A stretch of 20,000 bases of DNA, from the NCBI GenBank assembly GCA_000165425.1, contig CT868130.1, forward strand, positions 543,832-563,831, read 5' to 3'. Under the pieces are notes generated by a model. The model saw only the letters and a list, made by a program, of their open reading frames with translations, searched no databases and was not told the origin of the DNA. Source of the DNA: Paramecium tetraurelia. Lineage: Eukaryota. The position numbers and the translations under genes were made by a program. This document shows, one piece after another, positions 11,621-20,000 of the stretch (position 1 is its first letter; each line of letters opens with the position of its first letter).

Positions 11621-12275
11621 ATGCAAAAGACAATGTAAATTTTATTCTCGAAATTTCTCTAGCTCCCCCATAGTTAAATGGTCTTAAAGAAAAGAAAATG
11701 TGTTTTTAACAGTTGAAGTGAGAGATTTGAAAGATGAAAAGGTTGACTTGACTTCAAACTCACTTAAATTTTCAGCTACTGCAGAAGGTGTTAATTATAC
11801 TTTTGAAATTAATTTCTTTGCTGAAGTTGTTGTCGAAGTACTTTCATTAATTATATCATTTAGGAAAGTAAATGGACCAATTATGGGTTGAACGTCAGAT
11901 TTATTTTATCAAAGAAAGATAAAACTGCTTCATATTGGACTAGATTAATCAAAGAGACACACAAATTACAATACTTATAGGTTTGATATATTTTCTAATA
12001 AAAGGTCGATTGGACAAAGTATATCGATGAAGATGATGAGGCTGAAGAGGGAGGCAAAGGTTTGGACGATTGGGATTAGAACAAATTCTAAAATTTCGAT
12101 TAAGGTGGTGCAGATGAGGATGACGAAGAGGCTGAAGAGGAATAGCCAAAGGAGGGTATGAATTGAAGCCATAATTTTAGGAAATGTTGACGATTTAGAT
12201 AAGGAAGAAGAAGTCTAAAAAAATGATCAAGCCCCATAGGAAGGTGAATAGGAGAAATAAGCAGAGAGTAATTGA
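11621..12275 (+). CDS. p23/Sba1/PTGES3-family Hsp90 co-chaperone (CS domain + acidic tail, ~183 aa); introns 11635-11662, 11838-11863, 11981-12004, 12156-12180
   Basis: SPIVKWSQRKENVFLTVEV...YWTRLIKETHKLQYLQVDWTKYIDEDDE matches the p23 consensus (P.V.WAQR...WPRL.K...L..DW..W.DEDE). D/E-rich tail. Confidence 0.92.
11645..11657. promoter_or_regulatory. Perfect three-unit heat-shock element TTCtcGAAatTTC in intron 1 of p23
   Basis: Exact nTTCnnGAAnnTTCn match. Two-unit elements also lie upstream (GAAatTTC 11483-11490, TTCtaGAA 11541-11548). Function is inferred. Confidence 0.45.
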
Positions 12276-12430
12276 TAATGATATTATATCTATGTTTAAA
12301 TAAGAAGATGTATGTTTTCTGTCCTTTATCATTATAATAAAGGCTATTGATGGTTCTTTTTGAATTCTATTGTGCTATTTAATTAAAACCAATCGATATA
12401 TGAAAATAATAATAAAATATATTTTCATTA

Positions 12431-12823
12431 TCATTTGTTTTTGCTTTATTTAAGAATTGAAAATAAGATAACTTCATTTTCTGTTTACTCCTCTTTAAAC
12501 TTCTGATCAAGTCGAGGGTTTATCTTTTCTTTATCTATGCCTTGGGTACACAATTGTAAGGTATCCTTAATCTAAACTACTTCTTCTTCTGGTTCGAAAA
12601 CGCAAACAGTGATGAAATTATCAAAGTTAATTCCATATCCACTGCCTTTTGCAATCTTCCTTCCTTTGCTATCATATCGATCACTCCGAGATGATTTATA
12701 TCTAATTTTCTTCCTTTAAATGATTATTGGTTCAAAGTCATCAGGCTCTTCAGGCACATCTTCTTGATCGTCCACCTAAGCTCTACTTAGAACCAATTTG
12801 GGTCCTAAACAACTCGTTCGCAT
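12431..12823 (-). CDS. Hypothetical protein (~130 aa)
   Basis: Open frame MRTSCLGPKLVLSRAQVDDQEDVPEEPDDF...DRYDSKGRKIAKGSGYGINFDNFITVCVFEPEEE...KQSKNK-TGA with coding-like GC content. Confidence 0.7.
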
Positions 12824-13013
12824 GGAAAAGCTAATTATTAATATAATAAACTTTCATTTTTGTTAATAAATAAAAGGAATCTCAAAAAATTATAACATTT
12901 ACATTCAATAAGAATTATCGAAGATATACTTTTAATAATTAAAGCATCAATAAAAATAAATATGCAAATTCTGCTTATCACTATAACAAAATAAATTAAA
13001 TTATTTAATATTC

Positions 13014-14582
13014 ATGCAGCACAAGGAAGATTCAAATCTAAATGAAACTATTGATAATTCAACTAATCAAGAGTTTACCTACTTTGATGAAATTTTAACA
13101 TATATTGGTTTTAGTAATTGATGTCAATAATAACACTTTTTTAGGAAAATATTAAATTTATGTCTTTATTATAGTTGGTTTAATTGGAATGTGCGATGGA
13201 GGAGAGACATAAGCTATTTCCATAGTATTTCCAATTTTGGAAAAGGAATGGGGAGTTAGTGATTCCTAGAAAAGTCTCTTAGGATCATTAATATATATTG
13301 GTTATTTTGTAGGATCTCTATTTTCAGGCATATTTGCTGATAAATATGGAAGAAGATCATCTCTGATATGGGCATCAGGAGTTATGTTTGTTTGTGCTAT
13401 AATTGGGGCCTTCATGCCCAATTTTATATCCTATATGATATTTGTATGACTTTAAACTATTGTAGAGAATATTCTTAGTTACTTGTGTTGGGTTTATCAT
13501 TCCAGTTTCATTTAGTATGTTAGCTGAAAATACTCCTTTGAAAAGCAGGGGAATAGTGTTGGTTACAATTGGGTTTTTTTATACTGCAGGAGAGTAAGCA
13601 TATCAAAATATGTAGATTAACTGTTTGTTTACTTACATACATATTCATGCCGAATTTGGTTTCAGGAAATTGGAGAGCAGTACTTTGCTGGGCTTCTGCT
13701 CCAGCTCTAATAACATTTCTGATCTCAAATTTCCTTTTATTAGAAAGTCCAAGATATCATTTGATTAAAGGGAATGTCACACAAGCCTCTGAAGTAATAG
13801 AGAAAATATTTTAATTAAATAACAAAAAGGCAGTCCTAATACCCATCAACACATATCAAAATATTTCATAAGAATTAATCAAATAAGAGAGAGAGGAATA
13901 AGGATTGTAGGAAGATTTAAAAGATAAATCATTTTTTGCCTCATATTTTATCCAATTTAGAAAACTTCTTAAAAATTAATTTATTAAAATCACTTTAGTT
14001 GTTTGGTATTAATGGTTTGTAAATACATTTGTTTATGCAGGAGTCACATTTTTATTACCCCTAACATTACAAAAATTAAACCCTGATGAACCTCAAGACG
14101 ATGATATTGAAGATATTAAAGTTATTACTTTGAGTTGTTTAGGTGAGATACCTGTGATTTTTGTTGCCATGATTATTGTAAATATCAAAATTTTTGGAAG
14201 GAAGAATTCTTTATTCTTATCTTACTTTGGAGTGGGTTTAGTTGGATTATTGATTGCAATAATAGCAAATGGTGGTTATTTCTTTGCTTCAATGATTTTC
14301 TTTTTGAAAATGTTTATTAGTTTCTCATTCACTGTATCTTATCAATTTGTAAGTGAACTTTACCCAACTTATATGAGAGCTAGTGGATTGGGATTTGCAT
14401 CATCAGTAGGAAGATTAGGTAGCATTATTATGCCATGGATTGTTGTCTATATAAATGACATAGGCACTTTTCTATCATATGGAATTTTTGGGATTATAGC
14501 TATGGTAGCAGCTATAGCAACTCTATTATTACCATTTGATACGTATCAAAGAGAATTAGATAAAGTAGTAACAAAATAATGA
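13014..14582 (+). CDS. Major facilitator superfamily transporter, SV2/SVOP/SLC22-like (~497 aa); introns 13114-13144, 13444-13465, 13594-13615
   Basis: GIFADKYGRR (MFS motif A), LAENTPLKSRG, NWR, LLESPRYHL, FGRKNSL, VSELYPTYMRASGLGFASSVGRLGSI, and about 12 hydrophobic segments. Confidence 0.92.
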
Positions 14583-14608
14583 TAATTGTGTATTGTATAT
14601 TTAAATAT

Positions 14609-15550
14609 TCAATCACTTACAAAATCTTCATCTAATACTATTCCAAAATCATCATCATTTTAGTATTCTGTTTCTAATTCTAGTTTTTGGGCCATTTTAT
14701 TATATACTGAACTTTATTTCTGAGATTTAGACTGATTTAATGCAGCCTAAAATTCTGAATAATAATTTAATTATTAATTGTCTATTTGATTCATAGAATT
14801 AGTTTCAGTTGATCTATTTGGCTTCCTTCTTGTTTCATTAAATTACATAATTTCATCAAATTGTTATTATTCTTTTGTCTTTTTAGGTTATTATAAGGAT
14901 TTCGAAATCTTATACAACAATTTCTTAAGTCTTTCTTCACACTATGGAACTGAGAACCCTGTTTCTTATTCAAAGTTGCTCAACGGAATTCCATAAAATG
15001 CATATGCTAAAAGCCTTGCATCTTTTTCATTGTTCCATTTATGCAATTGATTTGCTAAACCTTTTTATTTAAACTAATCCTAAATGTATTTAGGATATCT
15101 TTCAGGTATTCTCTTAAATATTTCACTCCAATCTCCATTATATAGTTCATATAAAAATATTAACATCTCTTCATCCTCCTTATACCAATACTAATTCAAA
15201 AGCACTAAGTCTTTATCCTCTCCTTCTAAATTTAAACAAGAATCTCTTATTTTGGCAAACCTTCTTTTGCATGAAGCAATGTCTTTAGTTTTAACAACTT
15301 TCTACACCATTTCCCAATCTTTACCGAGCTTATCAACCATTTATAACAGTAAAATATCTTCATTTAATTCCCAAATAGGTTTAGGCTTTTGATTTATCAG
15401 GTTTTTATATCTCTCTTCTAACAATGGTTTGGATTTGATATTCATCACTTTTGCAATCTTATCCCAATCCCTTCCATATATCTCCACTCCCTAAAGTAAT
15501 TAATTATCCTCTTATTTAGTCCATGTTCTTCCTGGTTATACCTTTTTCAT
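14609..15550 (-). CDS. Myb/SANT-repeat DNA-binding protein (~313 aa), intronless
   Basis: WTKQEDNQLLQGVEIYGRDWDKIA; WELNEDILLLQMVDKLGKDWEMV; WYKEDEEMLIFLYELYNGDWSEI; degenerate fourth repeat WNNEKDARLL; acidic C-terminus. Confidence 0.88.
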
Positions 15551-15868
15551 TTAAATTACTGTACTAAATGGAACTTCACATTTAATTCATATTCACTAAA
15601 TATTACAATACTATTTATTTTATTAATAAAAATCATTAAAATATATTGTAATTTCTAAAGAAACTTAATTAAACGATTCTATTCCTTTGAAAAAAGAGTC
15701 AAACCTTATGATTTCCTCCTTTAAATTACTAATGAAAGAGTCTAAAATTAAAAAATAAAAAAATATGCAAATCTTTAATAAAATACTATAAGTTTACAAT
15801 AATTTAAACAGAAAGTTATTTAAATATATATGTAACAATTTATCGACTGTATAAATCAAATCTTAACA

Positions 15869-16905
15869 TCATATTCTCTTTTTTTATTTTTTGTTATCAC
15901 CTTCCTCTTCAATTAAGCCTAATGCTTCTTCTTCAATTGATTAGGGTTAGTAAACATAGGGTTGTGGCTTCAGGATTTCAAGTAACCCATTTTCACTAAA
16001 TAACAAATAACAATCTTTCAATTATTTAATATGTCTAATCTATTCAGTAGAATTGGTCTCATACAAGGCAACTACCTATTATTTTTCATTCTTTTGATAG
16101 ATCTCCTTACCATTACCTACAAAATATTTAAATTCATTATCAGCCATAACATCTATTAGATAATCTTCATGAAATTCATCCTATCAATTATTAATAAATA
16201 GTACATTCTTAATAGCTTAGAATTAATGGAGTTTTTGATCATTTTGTTAATCTAGGATAGTAATTTAATTTGTGGTTGTAACACAAAAACATAAATTATT
16301 CCAATAGCCACAAGAGTTTAGAGGTTAGTCAAATCTAATCATCATTTATAATGATTCTTCCTCATTTTTTTAAGTCAAATCATATTGAACTAGTAATCCA
16401 TCTGTTGAAGATGATAAGAGTTAAGTTTAAACTTAAGAATGGAAATTCAATGAAGATAATTCTTCATTTTAAGAGGAATCAAATCTGGATCTCCATTTCA
16501 TTGCATTAAGATCATAGAAATCAATTCTACCCTCACTTCCACCTGCTAATATATGTTTAGATTTAGCAATTGAATAAGATTCTTTTTCGTTCTTAAATTA
16601 ATGAACTTATTATTTAGATTGTGAATCAAACACCTTAATTGTTCTATCATTTGAGCAAGTGAATGCTAGATTGTTTTCTACTATCAATTATTATATTCTT
16701 TTTTGATGATGGTTCTTTTGTTCCCAAATAACTTATTGTGTATTTAAGTCAATCCATTTTAATGAAAAATCAGTCATAGCCATTAAAACAGTATCATTTA
16801 TAAATTACAAAGAGAGAGGGAACTTAATGTATTAATAATTGATACTTCTTTATCTGAAATTTAGAATTGACTAACAGGAGAATGCTTTATTTTAATTTAA
16901 TCCAT
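15869..16905 (-). CDS. WD40-repeat protein, WDR89-like (~329 aa); introns 16823-16845 and 16181-16204
   Basis: HQKRIQQL...FTCSNDRTIKVFD; AGGSEGRIDFYD; LSSLNFH...LSSTDGLLVQYDL..NEEESL resembles WDR89. Spliced length 990 nt is in frame. Confidence 0.8.
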
Positions 16906-17223
16906 AAATTAAATTTATGAATTAGAAGGAAAATAAATGAATAAGATGAACTTCTTATATAAAATTAATTTAAAGTAATCTCTAACTAATTTTATATCAT
17001 TAAAATTATATTTAGTGTTAATATACAACTTATTCAATAGATCATCATACATTAATAAAATATTAGTCAATTTTTAGAAATATAAATTTCATATGAGCTA
17101 TAAATATTAAAAATACAAATTGCTGTTTTATATTACCTACACTTTATGCAAGATCATGAATTCTATTAGTAAATAAGATCAAAGAATTGAATGAGTGAAT
17201 ATATAAAGAATTCATATAAATCA

Positions 17224-18236
17224 TCAATTACTACTGATTTCAATTGTTTCTTTGCTTTCATCATCTGTCTAATCTTGCATTTTAAGTTCAACATGAGGGG
17301 AATTAAGACCAGCCTCTTATCTCAATTCTATATCCTCAAAGTCATGATGATTCAGTGTATGGGTTCTAGGAATTTAGAGTGATTTTAAGATGTTATCTTG
17401 ATTCAAAACCATAGATTAGGAAAGAATAGATTTTTTTGAACTTTTACGAGGATTTAAGTTATTTAGTAAATACTATTAATATAGTTAGGAAACAGGTCGA
17501 ACATCGGATTACTTTATAGATAAATAAATTACTTGACTAAGCCAAATTAAGAATGGTAACAATAAATCCAATTCTTTGTCTTCTTTATCCGAAATAAAGT
17601 CTTTGATCAAAAAACCATTTTCTGGTTAAAATAGAAATGACATTTAGGAGTTCTAATAAATCAAAATGCGTTACATCTATTATTATTACATCCTTCAAAC
17701 TTCTTCCTAATTTTTTTAGGTTCTTCGTTAATCCTCCTTTAATTGGAGTGCAACTTTCTCTATAAAGCCTTGTTTGAATCCTTTTTTAAGGATCAATTAT
17801 GTCCATTACTGGATCGGCGTACTCTTTTAAACTAGCAGTCCACAATACAACGTCAAAATACTCACTTAAGGATTCTATAAAAGCTTCTACACCTGGCCTA
17901 ACTGTGACAAACACTTTGAATAATTGACTTTGGACAAATACCTAACATAATGAGTATTCATTACATTAAGTAAAAAGTCATAACCGTCTTCTGCCTTGAA
18001 TTAACTGTGAACTAATGTTTCATCTAAATCTAAAACACAGACTTTTCTAGTCTCATATTTAATTTAACTCTACTTACATGAGATTTGGGAGTATCAATTC
18101 CTAATTAATATCTTTCATTTATTTTGACATTTTTCTTTCGAAAGAAATATATGCAAGAGCACAATTATTCAATAAGCGAAGGTTTTTTCTCATTTTGCTC
18201 CTATTGCTGTTAATATATAATGTCATTATTATTCAT
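17224..18236 (-). CDS. FCP1/SCP-family (CTDSP/NIF) HAD phosphatase (~306 aa); introns 18052-18077, 17942-17964, 17653-17674, probably 17512-17532
   Basis: VLDLDETLVHS (DxDxT), VRPGVEAF, WTASLKEYADPVMD, RLYRESC, KNLKKLGRSLKDVIIIDNS, PENG, DKEL, DVRP. Confidence 0.92.
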
Positions 18237-18254
18237 TCTGAAAAAATTTAAATA

Positions 18255-18947
18255 ATGAATTAAAATTAACATGAGGAAGGTACTATATTTATATTCAAAA
18301 ATAGCTTCAAAAAAGCACACCATCATTCTATGCACAGGAAATGTAATAATATTATACTANNNNNNNNNNNNNNNNNNNNNNNNNNNNNNNNNNNNNNNNN
18401 NNNNNNNNNNNNNNNNNNNNNNNNNNNNNNNNNNNNNNNGGTCCCTGGGTTATGGGGCCCACCTCTATAAATAGCAAAAACAAAAGCCCTTGCTCGCTTA
18501 TTAAAAAAATAGGAAAAGCCCTGTGTTACAGAGGATACTTCATTATGTTTCAATGCTCTCAATGGAATGCCAGGGCCTTATGTGTAAATATAATTAATGA
18601 TGTTTAAATAGAAAATGGTTTTTAGAAGCAGCAGGACCTGAAGGGTTGAGCAAAATTTTAGACGGATTTGAAGACAAGACAGGTTATGCCCAATGCATTT
18701 TATCGTATATGGGACCAGATTTAAAGGAACCAATTTAATTTGTCGGCTAAACATCAGGAGTTATTGTTAAACCAAGAGGACCTGCACATTTTGGCTGGGA
18801 TCCTATCTTTTAACCAGATGGATTTACAGGAGACGTATTAGTTATGAATATAAAAGATATGGGGAAATGGATAAGGATGTGAAGAATAAAATATCTCATA
18901 GACTAAAGGCAATATAAAAATTCATTGATCATTTTCTTGTAAATTGA
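18255..18947 (+). CDS. ITPA: Inosine triphosphate pyrophosphatase (ITPase/Ham1), interrupted by an assembly gap and an apparent 1-nt frameshift
   Basis: [72 protein letters not shown]. Introns 18280-18304, from 18343 into the gap, 18584-18611 and 18835-18856. An alternative unspliced start exists at 18271. Confidence 0.88.
18360..18439. other. Assembly gap (80 N)
   Basis: Run of N inside the ITPase gene. Confidence 0.99.
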
Positions 18948-19344
18948 GTGATATAAAACTATGTGTTTTATAATAAAAGAAATTTCATTAATTTCTAATA
19001 GATCCATCGCAGTATATAATGCTTTTGGGTTTTAAATTTTATTTTAGTTTTCTTTTTAAGAATCAATTGCCTTAATTTAGATTAGTCTATTGAAAGCATC
19101 TATTTTCTTATGCATGATTAATCTTTATTAGGTAATCTTCCTTTTGAATCAACCTGCTTATAAGTATATAGTTATATTAACATTACACTTATATCATTAT
19201 TATTGACAAAAGTTTTTCTTTTATTTATTATTTTACTCAAACAAAATTCAAAATGGGATGTTAACTAAACTTAATAAATTAGGTAAACTATATACAAAGT
19301 TTAAGTAGATAATAAAAATATCTGAGTTAAAGATTAAATTAACT

Positions 19345-19820
19345 TTTATTTATCATCAAGAAAGTAGAGTTAATTGTAAGCAAGGGTCTTAAAGCCTGAG
19401 AGATGGATAGCATAAAGGTTTGAGAAAAGAGCAGCATCTCAACTCTCCATGAATGTGTGGGGGGTCATTCTTCTCCACCTCTTTAAAAGATACAAATAGA
19501 CCATAGATCGGATAGGCAAAAAAAAACTCACACCGGTCAATGACGCTACCGCGGCAAAATCCCTCAGATAAGGGATACAAGGTGGAGAGCAAATTAGGAG
19601 CAATAATAGAAATTATGTCGACAAGAGATGGCTGCAGTAAGAATGACAATATTAAGGAATGCTAAAACAATAACGCAATTTCATGGACAAAGTGTGTGAA
19701 CTCATTTTATCATAGAACAGGGAATTTGTGAAAAAAGAGAATAATTTAGTGGATTTTAATCTAAACTTGATATACCGGTGAATTGAGCAGCAGGTACCTT
19801 AAAATATTGAAATTTATTCA
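19345..19820 (+). mobile_element. Possible decayed IS630/Tc1-mariner transposase relic
   Basis: Motif-like fragments in the expected order: FIYHQESRV (19345; cf. F.DES), RW, SMNVWGVI (ATG 19449; cf. vMVWG.i), KRYKQTIDR, RWLQQ then GAATGAC (cf. QQDN). Frameshifts and TGAs are present. Recognised by eye only. Confidence 0.25.
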
Positions 19821-19953
19821 GAGACGCTGATGATAACCGAGGGCTGTTGAAAGAAATATGTTAGATTTTATATATGCACTGAACTATAAACCTTTATAAT
19901 AAATATAGGTAAGAGACAAAGTCTTGCTTAGGAAAGTTAAAAACACAAGCAAA

Positions 19954-19990
19954 GGGTTTGGGTTTGGGTTTGGGTTTGGGTTTGGGTTTG
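19954..19990 (+). repeat. (GGGTTT)6G telomere-type repeat tract followed by non-telomeric sequence
   Basis: Six exact G3T3 units, one of the two Paramecium telomeric repeat types, then cttccaagca. Confidence 0.9.
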
Positions 19991-20000
19991 CTTCCAAGCA

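Noticed and set aside
1184..17382. Short ORF-track entries (1184-1366, 3032-3217, 4321-4503, 4591-4788, 10305-10490, 11949-12172, 14791-14973, 17191-17382)
   Set aside because: Antisense or off-frame shadows of real code-6 genes, and artefacts of using the standard code.
1117..18947. Pseudogene interpretation of the many in-frame TAA/TAG codons
   Set aside because: They fall at conserved Gln positions (e.g. p23 WSQR, ITPase IFQPDG, ATPase LQRM), which indicates code reassignment rather than decay.
341..18947. Retained IES (TA-bounded insertions) inside genes
   Set aside because: All interruptions are explained by GT..AG micro-introns, apart from the 1-nt ITPase shift.
18929..19183. 85-codon minus-strand frame MLIQLYTYKQVDSKGRLP...
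   Set aside because: No recognisable motif, overlaps the ITPase 3' end, and the length is within chance expectation.
19389..19649. Minus-strand 86-aa ORF containing EKNDPPHIH
   Set aside because: TTG start and no upstream ATG before a TGA. The motif resemblance alone is insufficient.
19380..19860. Structured RNA gene (RNase P/MRP, telomerase RNA, SRP) as the cause of the higher GC
   Set aside because: I could not find paired conserved regions or a template motif by eye. An Rfam scan would be needed.

Overview
AT-rich, gene-dense ciliate DNA, most consistent with Paramecium macronuclear sequence. The genes only open when TAA/TAG are read as Gln (genetic code 6, TGA the only stop) and 21-31 nt GT..AG introns are removed, so the supplied standard-code ORF track shows only fragments. 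I rebuilt 13 gene models by hand: a coiled-coil hypothetical, a Kelch+BTB (LZTR1-like) protein, a Lys/Gln-rich hypothetical, a leishmanolysin/GP63 (M8) surface metalloprotease, a divergent P5-type ATPase, a bacterial-type S11 D-Ala-D-Ala carboxypeptidase/PBP homolog, the p23 Hsp90 co-chaperone, a small hypothetical, an SV2/SLC22-like MFS transporter, a multi-repeat Myb protein, a WDR89-like WD40 protein, an SCP/CTDSP-type HAD phosphatase and an ITPase (Ham1) spanning an 80-N gap. The last ~700 bp are GC-richer, have no clean gene, may hold a decayed Tc1/IS630-type transposase, and end in an internal (GGGTTT)6 telomere-like tract. Best leads: (1) a signal-less, intron-bearing PBP with an intact catalytic set, whose reading frame overlaps the stop codon of (2) a P5 ATPase with an atypical substrate-site motif; (3) a perfect heat-shock element inside intron 1 of p23; (4) the putative transposon relic next to the telomeric tract. 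All family calls come from motif recognition, not database searches.
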